From contig CP066682.1 in assembly GCA_016432285.1 (NCBI GenBank), positions 730,274 through 794,273 of the forward strand: a stretch of DNA of 64,000 bases. Direction: 5' to 3'. How positions within the stretch are numbered: position 1 is the first letter of the stretch; the number at the start of each line of letters is the position of its first letter. Made by a program: the position numbers and the translations under genes. This document shows, piece after piece, positions 45,646 to 54,387 of this stretch. The DNA is from Candidatus Kaiserbacteria bacterium. GTDB taxonomy: Bacteria; Patescibacteriota; Minisyncoccia; Phycocordibacterales; UBA2100. The notes under the pieces are model-generated. The model saw only the letters and a list, made by a program, of their open reading frames with translations, was not told the origin of the DNA and searched no databases.

Positions 45646-46815
45646 TCAAACAGAGCACGAAGCTCTATATTCGACGGGCAATCTGTCGCAAAGCTTCCGG
45701 GTGCGCCCGCCTCCATATGAGCGTATGTCTTTCGAGAGGCGCATATAGCACGCCCCTCTCATTTGATCACTCACGAGTGCGCAGAAGCGAAACGACGCCT
45801 CCGGATCATTTTCACCGCCCCAAAAGATTGAGGCGACCGCGTCCGCAATACATGCGTCCCGCCCGTCAGCAGCAACAATCAGCCCACACCAGGAAATCGC
45901 CGTGCGAAATTCGTCGTCGGAAAAGCGGTCGACTTTGCGGATGTCTCGCTTCCCGGCGAGCGGAACAAACTCTTTGCCGAATCCCCCGAAGCACGCGTCG
46001 CGCCAATCCTGCCGCTCCTGCGGTATCGCCTCGCAGTACGACGACGCCGTACCGAAGAAAGCCGGATCTGGCGCCCCAAGACGTGCGCCTGCCACCTCGA
46101 GGAGGCGCGGCGTCAGGTAGATGAGACAGAGTGTCTTGGTCGGATCAGGCAGGAGATCGCTCATGCAGGGTGCGAGCGCATCGTTTGCGGAAAAATAGCG
46201 AACACGAGCTTTCATCCATGCGGATCGGTCGTGGCCCCCACCGCCCACGAGCTCCATGATCGCGCCGCCCACGCACTCCGTGTACTCCTGCTGTCCATGT
46301 CCGTCGGTACCTGTCTTTTTACAGAAATCGACCGTCGCAGGAAGATCGTAATCAAAAAAGGCGAAGACGCCGTGCCCGAGGCCGTGGTAGCACATGGTGT
46401 ACGCACCCGAGCGCCCGGGCGCAGTTTCGCAGGCTTCGCGGATACGCGGGAGCGCGGCCTCGCCGCCATATTCCTCGAGTGCGCCAATCACGATCGAGTG
46501 TGAGCACGCATTGCGAAAATCCTGCGAGCAGAGCGCGATTCCCTCGACACCTTTCTGCCGATAAAGTTCGTCGCCTACTGTATGCCCGAGGAGGTGGAGA
46601 TCGGTTTGCGGTGGGAGGGATGCAGCACGGAGCACCTCAAAGGCGTGCTCGGCACCCTTCTCCTTCGCAAGCGCAACGAATCGGTCTTGAATTTCCTGAA
46701 AATTGCGGGCGTCTTTCCCAATACGCTGCGCGTCCCAGGCACTTGATCCTGCGTTTAGAAGAAGTACCGAGACAAGTAGGAAAATAACAACCGCCACTCC
46801 CCTCCAGATCGTCAT
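45646..46815 (-). CDS. Secreted or membrane Cys-rich protein, paralog B (CYHGLGH motif)
   Basis: N-terminal TM (VAVVIFLLVSVLLLNAG). Motifs HLLGHTVGDE, TMCYHGLGHGVFAF and FCKKTGTD are colinear with paralog A. 389 aa. Confidence 0.55.
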   Translation of the reverse strand: MTIWRGVAVVIFLLVSVLLLNAGSSAWDAQRIGKDARNFQEIQDRFVALAKEKGAEHAFEVLRAASLPPQTDLHLLGHTVGDELYRQKGVEGIALCSQDFRNACSHSIVIGALEEYGGEAALPRIREACETAPGRSGAYTMCYHGLGHGVFAFFDYDLPATVDFCKKTGTDGHGQQEYTECVGGAIMELVGGGGHDRSAWMKARVRYFSANDALAPCMSDLLPDPTKTLCLIYLTPRLLEVAGARLGAPDPAFFGTASSYCEAIPQERQDWRDACFGGFGKEFVPLAGKRDIRKVDRFSDDEFRTAISWCGLIVAADGRDACIADAVASIFWGGENDPEASFRFCALVSDQMRGACYMRLSKDIRSYGGGRTRKLCDRLPVEYRASCSV

Positions 46816-46840
46816 GCGACAATTATAAACTTTCGAGATC

Positions 46841-47380
46841 TCAGAATTTGAACAGAACGGTGCCGATCATCTCCGAGGGCTGGATTGTGCCCCAGACCCG
46901 GCTGTCTTCACTTTGCGCGCGGTTGTCTCCCATGAGGAAATAATCTTCAGGACCCAGCTTCATTTCAAAATCCGGGCCGTTCCCCGCCTTTTCCCCTTCT
47001 TCCCATTTCTCAATGTTCGCCCCTTTCTCCTCTGCTCCCCCTTCCTCCCATTTTCCCCCTTTTCCCCTTTCTGCTGTCACCGATCCGTTCGCAATGCGGA
47101 TCGTTTCGTTCGGCAGTCCGATTACGCGCTTGAGGATGATCGGGTGCTGCGGATTACGCGGATCGCGGAACACCACCGGCGAGCCGCGGAAAAGCCCGAT
47201 AAGCCGCGGCGAGATCTTTTCCACGAGCAGGTAATCACCTTCCTGAAAAGTCGGCTGCATAGAAATTCCCGTCACGATATACGGCCGTATCAGAAAAGGC
47301 AGGAGCAAAATCAGAGTTGCAACAACGGTCAAGACTGGATCCCTCCGAATTCCTGGGAGGTTTAGCCTTCCAATTTTCAT
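46841..47380 (-). CDS. lepB: Signal peptidase I
   Basis: SPase I boxes: GISMQPT (Ser nucleophile), KRVIGLPNETI (Lys general base box) and GDNRAQSEDSRVWG. It has an unusual Gly/Glu/Lys-rich insertion (GKGGKWEEGGAEEKGANIEKWEEGEKAG). The ATG at 47378-47380 overlaps the RAYT3 stop (ATGA), and the first about 10 codons are REP-derived. Confidence 0.8.
   Translation of the reverse strand: MKIGRLNLPGIRRDPVLTVVATLILLLPFLIRPYIVTGISMQPTFQEGDYLLVEKISPRLIGLFRGSPVVFRDPRNPQHPIILKRVIGLPNETIRIANGSVTAERGKGGKWEEGGAEEKGANIEKWEEGEKAGNGPDFEMKLGPEDYFLMGDNRAQSEDSRVWGTIQPSEMIGTVLFKF
47352..47373. repeat. REP (family 3) copy at the RAYT3/lepB junction
   Basis: cctgggaggtttagccttccaa with arms gggagg/ccttcc. It lies within the first codons of lepB. 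Confidence 0.8.
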
Positions 47381-48036
47381 ACGCCGACATCTTTGTATCG
47401 TAGCCAATAATCCACATGATCCTGAACTTCCCTAGCGCTCGATAGGTACCCGGGGAAAGCTCGCGGAGAAGTAATTACGTGACGGTTGTTGATATATTCT
47501 CCCAGGCTCGAATACTGATACTCGCTTACATGTCTCTGTAGTTTCCCAAAGTCGCGTGCTCCGAATTTCTTCCAATTTGGATCTTTCAATTTGGCTGGAT
47601 TTAGATGAATATAGGAAAATAAATATTTAGCATACGCATCACCCTCCACGTGCGAGGCCTTAAACGTCCCCTGAAAAAGCGCGCCACTTCGCTCATGTTT
47701 TTCATTGAAATACATCGTATACGCAGTCTGTAGTCTCTGCATAAATTTCGAGATACCGCCGTCGACCAGCGGTGTCAGATACAGATGAAAATGATTGGGC
47801 ATCAAACAATACGCGCCTATTGCCACTAAAGAACTGGAAGGTTTAGCCTCCCAGATCCGGCTCGAGGTTTTAGAAGAGAATAGAAAATCGATTCTTTTGT
47901 TTTCTCTATCATTGAGCAGGAAAAGGTACACCAGAAATCTTTTGTACTCCGCTGGCGACATGAACACTCGGCGTTTATCAACGCCTCTATTGTAAATGTG
48001 ATAGAACTCGCCTTCTGCAAAGGTGATGCGTCTCAT
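47377..48036 (-). CDS. REP-associated tyrosine transposase (RAYT), copy 3, with a REP-derived in-frame insert
   Basis: MRRITFAEGEFYHIYNRGVDKRRVF...GAYCLMPNHFHLYLTP (HuH)...SEYQYSSLGEY (Tyr). The internal REP at 47834-47854 encodes ...RIWEAKPSSS... Its start ATG overlaps the stop of the giant upstream ORF, and its stop overlaps the lepB ATG. Confidence 0.85.
   Translation of the reverse strand: MRRITFAEGEFYHIYNRGVDKRRVFMSPAEYKRFLVYLFLLNDRENKRIDFLFSSKTSSRIWEAKPSSSLVAIGAYCLMPNHFHLYLTPLVDGGISKFMQRLQTAYTMYFNEKHERSGALFQGTFKASHVEGDAYAKYLFSYIHLNPAKLKDPNWKKFGARDFGKLQRHVSEYQYSSLGEYINNRHVITSPRAFPGYLSSAREVQDHVDYWLRYKDVGV
47834..47854. repeat. REP (family 3) copy embedded in-frame within the RAYT3 coding sequence
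   Basis: ctggaaggtttagcctcccag. The reading frame is maintained across it. It sits in the same protein loop as the embedded REP in RAYT2. Confidence 0.8.
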
Positions 48037-51000
48037 AGAGTGGGCGGATCGCGGCGCTCACTGGAAGGTTTAGCCTTCCAACGGGAGCGGGGCGGAGCGT
48101 CTACTGGAAGGTTTAGCCTTCCAGTGGGGGGCTTCCCTCTTGGGACGGGGAGGATGAAGAAGGACATGCCGATGAGGAAGGCGATGGCTTGGACGAAAGA
48201 GGAGACGACGGAGGCGGCGGAAGCGGCGGAGTATTTGAAGGGCTGCTCGGCAAATGCCATGTACACGTACGTCCCCCCGCTCGCATTTGCACCAGCTGCC
48301 GTGTTTCGCTGCTTGAACCCATTGGCGAGAAAATCCATATCGTTGCAGGACGCGGTTTCCGCTGCGTTGGACTCCAATCCAAAACACGGACTGATCGGAT
48401 TACTCGTATCTCGCGCCGCATCGTATGTATTCCAAGAGTATCCGAGCGTGTCTGTCCGTTTGATCACTACGTACTTAGGTTTGAACCCCGTGTACACAAA
48501 CGGCCCATCGGCCGAGCCGTTGCCGGTGTAGGAGCCGAAGTCGGAGAAGCCGGAGATTTCATCAAAAAGATAGGCGACATAGTTGTTGCCGCTGGTATTC
48601 ACATCAGCATTGGTACCGAGCGAGAAGACGGATGCGGTCGGCGCGGTGTCGTTCCAGTAGGTGGCATCGTCGGCGGTCGCGGCTGTGCCGTTCATCAAGA
48701 GGTAATCGGTCTCCGGCGCTGAAGTATTGGCAGCGTGGTAGACCGCCCAGTCGTTGGTCGCGCCGCGGTCTTTTACGATCATAAATTCTGGTGCAGAAGA
48801 GAGCGAATGGCTGATTGTGCGATTGGCACCGGTGCCGGCGTACGGCACGATATCGAATCCGCTCGTCGGATCTTCCTTCCAAAGCCACGAGATGTAGTTG
48901 TTGCCGCTTGTGTTGAAGAGCGAATTTGTGCCGAGCGTGAAGCCGTTTTCCAAGAATGCGGTGAGTGCCGATGCCGAGCTCGTCTCAATCGTCGTCGCGT
49001 TTGAAGAAAGATACGGAAACGTACTGCGTAGCGAATCGAAGAGCCCGTGCGCATTCGCGCTCGTTCTGTCTTTTATCCATGTGAGCGTCGGCGTGAAGTC
49101 GAGCCCCGTCACCGAGAGCGCGGCCCCCGTCCCCGTGTACGTGAGCGCATCGAAGTAATCATCGGGCTGCGTAATCGTCGGCGTAGGAAGATTCGTGGTC
49201 GAGAGGGCTTTGAAATCCGTCGGTGGTGCGTATTGGAAGTACCCTCCTGCCGATGAGCGGTATGGAAGTACCGTTGCTGTTGATGTCGGCGAAGAAGACT
49301 GGCCGAAGTTGAAATTGTACGAATGAGTCTGCCCGCTGGTTTGGCCAGCACCCGCGCCAATGAAGAGCGGGCCAGTGAGACCAGTAAATGCCGAGTTCGT
49401 GCCCGCTGCCGGATCACCGCTCGCCTGCCACGTGCCATTTTTTGAAAACCAAATCTTTCCGTTATCCAAATCGAGCGCAACGCCAATAACGTCGTTGGTC
49501 GTAAAGGTGTCGCCATAGGCGCTGTCACTGCTGCTATTTCGCTTGTTTCCACCACCTGCGTACGTGTACGCGAGATAATTGCTCTCGAGAATACAGTTTT
49601 GAACGGATGACGCGCCGATGAGATATCCTCCGCTAACGCCCGTAGTTCCGGTCGGGACGATCTCGGCGTACCATTTGCCCGATGTGGGTCCGATGGAAGA
49701 GCGACCGAATGTATAACAAGCCGGCGACGCGGGAAAGCTGTCTATCGTTGCCGTGAGGTTTCCTTGAGCAGCCGTCAGATCACTCGACGAATTTGCCAGT
49801 ATGTTTAGAGTCGCAGACCCATTCGTCGGGGAATCCTTGACGTTGTCGGTCGCGTCGAGGTTGTTGGCCGTCCAGTCATTGTTGTTGCTACTCGTATCGT
49901 CGCCGGGGCTGGTGGAGGTGAGCGGCAGGTGGAATCCATTAGTGCCATACGTCCCCGAATATGTCTTCGGTCGCCAGTAGCCCGATGCGTCGTATTCGCC
50001 GAAGTCGGAGGGGGTGAGTGCTTGTCCGTCGATGGCGTAGAAATCCGCAAGGTAGCCGTCGTAGTAAGAGGTCCCGCTATGCTGTTTGCCGAAAGCGTGT
50101 ATGACATTGTCGAGAACGTTCACGTCCGAGTTTTGCGTCATTGATGTATAGCCGGAGCCCGACCACGTTTGTGCAACGCCATTGACCCAAAGCCGGATTC
50201 TATCCGCGGCAGTTGCCTGCGTACTGTCTACGGTAAAGACAATGTGGAGCCACGCACCTGGATCGCGAAACTTCGCGTTTGTTGTATAGCTCCAGGTCTC
50301 ATTACCTGCATAGCCATACAACGTATCGCTGGTCGTAAACCGGAGGCCGTCTGCCGAGTATGCCGACCAGTTGATAAGAAATTGCTCGGTCCCCAGATTT
50401 GCCCGCTTGACCCAAAAGCTGAACGTCGCTGTCTTGCCCGCACCCGTCCCCGCAGATGAGAACGTTTTGGTTAGACTCGCACTATCGTCATCATTGAAAC
50501 GCGTGCTCGATGCGATGGTGAGGTTGTACGCTTGCGCGGATTGCTGGAAGGGCTGTTCGGCGAATGCGGCGTAGACGTACGTGGCACCACTGGCATTGTA
50601 GTTGGCATCCGTCGCACGCGGCTTGAATCCGTTTGAGAGAAAATCCATCTGCCTACTTGATCCGTCGTCTGCGTTTGTCAGATTGGCGTAGATCATGATG
50701 TCGCGGAGATTACCGTCGCCAGCAGCGCTACGTCGGTTGTCCCAGATGTACCAGCCGTTCGTTGAGGCACTGTCGCTTCTTTTTACAAGCAAGAACGCCG
50801 GCTTGAATCCCGTATACACGAACGGCCCATCGCTTGAGCCGTTGCCGGTGTAGGAGCCAAAAGATGAGTAGCCGGTGGTAGAGGCGAAGAGGTAGGCGAC
50901 GTAGTTGTTGCCGCTTGTATTTACATCCGCGTTGGTGCCGAGCGAGAAGACGGATGCGGTCGGAGCCGTATCGTTCCAATATGTAGCGTCGTCGGCAGTT

Positions 51001-53891
51001 GCCGCAGTCGAATTGAGAAGCAGGTAATCGGTCTTTGGGTCAGAGGTGTTTGCGGTGTGGTACACCGCCCAGTCGTTGGTGGCACCGCGATCTTTGATGA
51101 TCATAAAGTCGGGGGCGACACCGAGCGAGTGGCTCACGGTGCGATTGGCTCCCGTGCCCGTGTAATTCACGATGTCGAAGCGCGAGGTCGTGTCTTCTTT
51201 CCAGTTCCAGCTCACATAATTGTTGCCGCTCGTGTTGAAGAGCGCATTGGTGCCGAGGGTAAATCCATTCGAGAGGAAGCTCGTGAGCGTGGTCGAGGCA
51301 CCGCCGGTCTCCGCCGTCGTCGCATTGGACGAGAGGTACGGGAAGACGGAGCGGATGGCATCGAAGAGCCCGTGCGCGTTCGCGCTCGTGCGGTCTTTAA
51401 TCCAGACGAGGGAGGGGGTGAAGCCGAAGGATACGCCGGTCGAGACGTAGGTAATTTTGATGATGCCTTGCGCCCCCGCGCCGCCATTGCCCGTGGTCGT
51501 TCCTCCATATCCGCCCGAGCCGCCGCCGCCGCCGTAACTGCCCCCGTTGCCGCCGGCCGAACCGGTCGGCTCTTGCCCCGAACCGCCGGCGCCACCGCCA
51601 CCAGAGCCATGAGTGGCGTCCCACTCGGTACCGTTACCTCCGTTGCCGCCCGCCGCCCCCGCCACACCAGTGCCTCCGGCACCGCCTAAACCATTACCGC
51701 CCTGCCCGCCACTGGTGCCTGCAACTCCAGCACCAAGACCTGCAGTGCTAACGCCATCGGCACCCGCACCACTTGGGCCGCCGGCGCCACCACCACCCTG
51801 CCCGGCATAGTTGTTGGAGATATAGCCGCCTGTCCCGCCATTATATTTCGTACTCCCTACTGAAGCCGATGCAAGCCCGCCGGCTCCGGAACCCGTCAAG
51901 TAAACTGCACCATTGCCTGCCTTTGCACACACCGAAACAGTGTCGGCACAAGTGTTTGCTGACCCCGATGTCCGATTAAAGAATGTATCTGTTCCGGCAC
52001 TACCGTTCGACCCGTTGGTCGCGCCGCCTGCACCTCCTGCACCGACCTGAAAAGTGACGTTCCCGCCGGGAGTAAGAGAAAGATTTGATACTTTTGAATA
52101 AGCTCCGCCGCCGCCGCCGCCGTGGTCGCCATCGGCAGTCCCATCACGAACGCCGCCGCCGCCGCCGCCGATTACCTCAATAGTGTTGCTCGCATTGCCC
52201 CAATCGCTCGGCACCTGCCAAGTTTTGGCCGTCGTGTCCGTGAGATATACCGTGACGGTTTGCCCGGCAGTAGATGCGGCTGCCCGCGATACAGACTGTG
52301 CGGCGCCGCTACCCGTGTACGCCACCGCGTCAAAATAATTCTTCGGCACCGTGACCGCCGGCTCCGGAAGATTGGCAGTAGAAATTGCTTTGAACCCCGT
52401 CGGAGGCGTGTACATAAAGTAGCCGCCGGCTGCCGAGTCGTAGGTAAGTGTCGTTGCGGTGGAGGTCGGATTTTTGGATTGCCCGAAAATCAGATAGCTT
52501 TCCGTACTTCTGCTTACTCCAGCATCCATTCCTACTACCGGAAAAATCGGCGTGGTGGTGGAGATGTTGGAGAAGGCGGCATTTGTGCCCGCCACCGGAT
52601 CGGAAGATTCAAACCATCCGCTTTCGTCGCGGACGAAGAGTTTTCCGGCATCTGCATCGATCGCAACACCTAGGGTCAGATCGAGAGAACACGTGGAGTA
52701 CGTCGGCCCATACGCCGTGAGCGTCGTGTTGTAGATGGTGCACGATTTACCGCCGGTACACGAGCCCGAATTGGCGGGTAGCCATCCCCAGCTATTCGTA
52801 GTTTGCCCTACATATTCATCTTTACTTGCGTTGGTATTTGCTACTCCTACTTCAACATTGCAAATTCCCGACAAGTTCGCACTGCGAGCTTCAAAATACC
52901 ACTTGCCGCTGGTGATACCCATCGTTGCAAAATCGGTGGCGTTGGTACCGGTCCGGCTTGAATACAGATTGCCTTGAGAGTACGTCGAGATGGAAGGCTT
53001 GTTGAGCACGTTCAGGGTCGGATACATATTGGTCGGCGTATCAACCTCTTGATCCGTCGCGTTGATATTGTTGGCGGTCCAGTCGTTGTTTTGGCCGCTC
53101 ACGTCGTTACCAAGATCCGAGCCGCTCGCGAAATCAAGCTTAAAGCCGTTGGTGCCGTAGGTTCCGGTGTAGCTTTTGGGTCGCCAGTAGCCGTTGGCGT
53201 CCGTCTCGCCAAACGACGATGGCGTCAGCGCCTGGCCGTCGATCAGATAGACATCGGAAAGGTAACCATCAAAGTATGTTGAGTTTGAGTTACCGAATCG
53301 CCCTATTGCATGTGGATCCGTGCCATTTACTCTCGTGTCGACGTTTTGCGACGGGTCGTTTGCATCGCGAGCGATTCGCTGGCCATTCACATAAAATATG
53401 ACCCTGTCACCTGCGGTAGCTGCTGTCGTGTCCACAGCGACTACCACGTGCATCCATTGTGAAGGGTCTCGAAATACCGCGGTACTTTGTGTAGTCGGCG
53501 CGTTTGAACTGCTTTCTCGGCGTTGGAATTGGAGCTTATCGGAGTTGAAAGATATCGACGTGTGATGATCACCCGCCGTTGGTTCAGCGCTAAAGAGGAT
53601 ACCGTCTGTGAGATTCGCCCGCTTCACCCATGCACTCCACGTCCACGTCTTTTTATTTCCTGCGCTACTGGGCGTGCGCGACAGTCGAGCACTGTCGTCG
53701 TCGTTGAAGCGCGCGGAATTCGATATTGAATACGCGGCTTTGGCTTCCGGAAGCTGGAGGAGCACAAATTGCGTCGCAAATATCGCCAAGGAGATGAGAA
53801 GCGCGGTCGCGATACGGTGATGCCAGAGGTATCCCCCGATTGCGGGAATATATTTAGAGTTTAAAGATTTAAATGTTGGAAGCGGGAGCAT
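48033..53891 (-). CDS. Giant membrane-anchored surface protein (1952 aa) with two LamG-like (concanavalin-A-like lectin) domains in a duplicated ~800-aa super-repeat and a Gly-rich core
   Basis: N-terminal anchor (IATALLISLAIFATQFVLLQL). Two LamG-like jelly-roll signatures (TWTWSAWVKRANL...WMHVVVAVD...VIFYVNGQ and TATFSFWVKRANL...WLHIVFTVD...IRLWVNGV). A duplicated block ending NYVAYLF...FGSYTGNGS(A/S)DGPFVYTGFKP...YVYMAFAEQPF. A central tract of about 250 aa that is more than 50% Gly (GGGGGVRDGTADGDHGGGGGGAYS...GGNGGSYGGGGGSGGYGG). The last about 40 codons are REP-derived. Confidence 0.7.
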   Translation of the reverse strand: MLPLPTFKSLNSKYIPAIGGYLWHHRIATALLISLAIFATQFVLLQLPEAKAAYSISNSARFNDDDSARLSRTPSSAGNKKTWTWSAWVKRANLTDGILFSAEPTAGDHHTSISFNSDKLQFQRRESSSNAPTTQSTAVFRDPSQWMHVVVAVDTTAATAGDRVIFYVNGQRIARDANDPSQNVDTRVNGTDPHAIGRFGNSNSTYFDGYLSDVYLIDGQALTPSSFGETDANGYWRPKSYTGTYGTNGFKLDFASGSDLGNDVSGQNNDWTANNINATDQEVDTPTNMYPTLNVLNKPSISTYSQGNLYSSRTGTNATDFATMGITSGKWYFEARSANLSGICNVEVGVANTNASKDEYVGQTTNSWGWLPANSGSCTGGKSCTIYNTTLTAYGPTYSTCSLDLTLGVAIDADAGKLFVRDESGWFESSDPVAGTNAAFSNISTTTPIFPVVGMDAGVSRSTESYLIFGQSKNPTSTATTLTYDSAAGGYFMYTPPTGFKAISTANLPEPAVTVPKNYFDAVAYTGSGAAQSVSRAAASTAGQTVTVYLTDTTAKTWQVPSDWGNASNTIEVIGGGGGGVRDGTADGDHGGGGGGAYSKVSNLSLTPGGNVTFQVGAGGAGGATNGSNGSAGTDTFFNRTSGSANTCADTVSVCAKAGNGAVYLTGSGAGGLASASVGSTKYNGGTGGYISNNYAGQGGGGAGGPSGAGADGVSTAGLGAGVAGTSGGQGGNGLGGAGGTGVAGAAGGNGGNGTEWDATHGSGGGGAGGSGQEPTGSAGGNGGSYGGGGGSGGYGGTTTGNGGAGAQGIIKITYVSTGVSFGFTPSLVWIKDRTSANAHGLFDAIRSVFPYLSSNATTAETGGASTTLTSFLSNGFTLGTNALFNTSGNNYVSWNWKEDTTSRFDIVNYTGTGANRTVSHSLGVAPDFMIIKDRGATNDWAVYHTANTSDPKTDYLLLNSTAATADDATYWNDTAPTASVFSLGTNADVNTSGNNYVAYLFASTTGYSSFGSYTGNGSSDGPFVYTGFKPAFLLVKRSDSASTNGWYIWDNRRSAAGDGNLRDIMIYANLTNADDGSSRQMDFLSNGFKPRATDANYNASGATYVYAAFAEQPFQQSAQAYNLTIASSTRFNDDDSASLTKTFSSAGTGAGKTATFSFWVKRANLGTEQFLINWSAYSADGLRFTTSDTLYGYAGNETWSYTTNAKFRDPGAWLHIVFTVDSTQATAADRIRLWVNGVAQTWSGSGYTSMTQNSDVNVLDNVIHAFGKQHSGTSYYDGYLADFYAIDGQALTPSDFGEYDASGYWRPKTYSGTYGTNGFHLPLTSTSPGDDTSSNNNDWTANNLDATDNVKDSPTNGSATLNILANSSSDLTAAQGNLTATIDSFPASPACYTFGRSSIGPTSGKWYAEIVPTGTTGVSGGYLIGASSVQNCILESNYLAYTYAGGGNKRNSSSDSAYGDTFTTNDVIGVALDLDNGKIWFSKNGTWQASGDPAAGTNSAFTGLTGPLFIGAGAGQTSGQTHSYNFNFGQSSSPTSTATVLPYRSSAGGYFQYAPPTDFKALSTTNLPTPTITQPDDYFDALTYTGTGAALSVTGLDFTPTLTWIKDRTSANAHGLFDSLRSTFPYLSSNATTIETSSASALTAFLENGFTLGTNSLFNTSGNNYISWLWKEDPTSGFDIVPYAGTGANRTISHSLSSAPEFMIVKDRGATNDWAVYHAANTSAPETDYLLMNGTAATADDATYWNDTAPTASVFSLGTNADVNTSGNNYVAYLFDEISGFSDFGSYTGNGSADGPFVYTGFKPKYVVIKRTDTLGYSWNTYDAARDTSNPISPCFGLESNAAETASCNDMDFLANGFKQRNTAAGANASGGTYVYMAFAEQPFKYSAASAASVVSSFVQAIAFLIGMSFFILPVPRGKPPTGRLNLPVDAPPRSRWKAKPSSERRDPPTL
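48061..48124. repeat. Two REP (family 3) copies at the 3' end of the giant gene
   Basis: ctggaaggtttagccttcca (48061-48080) and ctggaaggtttagccttccag (48104-48124). The giant ORF reads through both (...GRLNLPV... and ...WKAKPSS...) before stopping at 48033. Confidence 0.85.
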
Positions 53892-53892
53892 A

Positions 53893-54384
53893 TCAGGATT
53901 TTATATCACCTCCCGGTGTGTAGAGGTGTGGATGAATCTTTGAAAGCTCCTTGCGTGCATTGCGCATAAACTCTTGCGCTTCTCGCTCGTCCTTGCTCAA
54001 TTCCCGTTTGCGTTGCAAACCGCTGTGCGGAGATGATTTGAGTGCCCTGATGAACGACGCGGTAAGTCTCGATGCCTGCTCTGCCAAATCATTTAAATAT
54101 TTAAATGTTTGAATATTCAAATACCCTATGTCATTTGCGATGTAGAGCTGTGCCCGCACCTCGCCGCACGATGCTTTTGCAATATAGAGGTAATTCAAAA
54201 ACCCCTCGCGTGTTCCCGACTCAAATCCTTCCGCGATGTTTGATACGACCGATACCAAAGCTCGCTGTATTTGATCGGTGAATCCTCTATCGTGACAACC
54301 ACGAAACACCTTGTAGACTTCGCGTGCTAGTTCTCGCCCCTTTTTCCAGGCCAGCAGCTCTTCAAATCTGTGCACAGTCGCCAT
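53893..54384 (-). CDS. Four-helix-bundle protein (TIGR02436-like; the family often called '23S rRNA intervening sequence protein')
   Basis: A 163-aa protein with the characteristic pattern ...FTDQIQRALVSVVSNIAEGFESGTREGFLNYLYIAKASCGEVRAQLYIANDIGYL... Visibly lower GC than its neighbours, and wedged 1 nt from the next gene's start. Confidence 0.6.
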   Translation of the reverse strand: MATVHRFEELLAWKKGRELAREVYKVFRGCHDRGFTDQIQRALVSVVSNIAEGFESGTREGFLNYLYIAKASCGEVRAQLYIANDIGYLNIQTFKYLNDLAEQASRLTASFIRALKSSPHSGLQRKRELSKDEREAQEFMRNARKELSKIHPHLYTPGGDIKS

Positions 54385-54387
54385 GCA

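Noticed and set aside
48061-48124. Possible mini-CRISPR, two 21-nt direct repeats separated by a 23-nt spacer
   Set aside because: There are only two copies. The repeats are perfect palindromes identical to the REP family flanking RAYT3, and there are no cas genes, so these are REP doublets.
48189-53401. Numerous + strand ORFs of 60-210 aa inside the giant gene
   Set aside because: Antisense to one continuous 5.9 kb ORF that has clear domain signatures.
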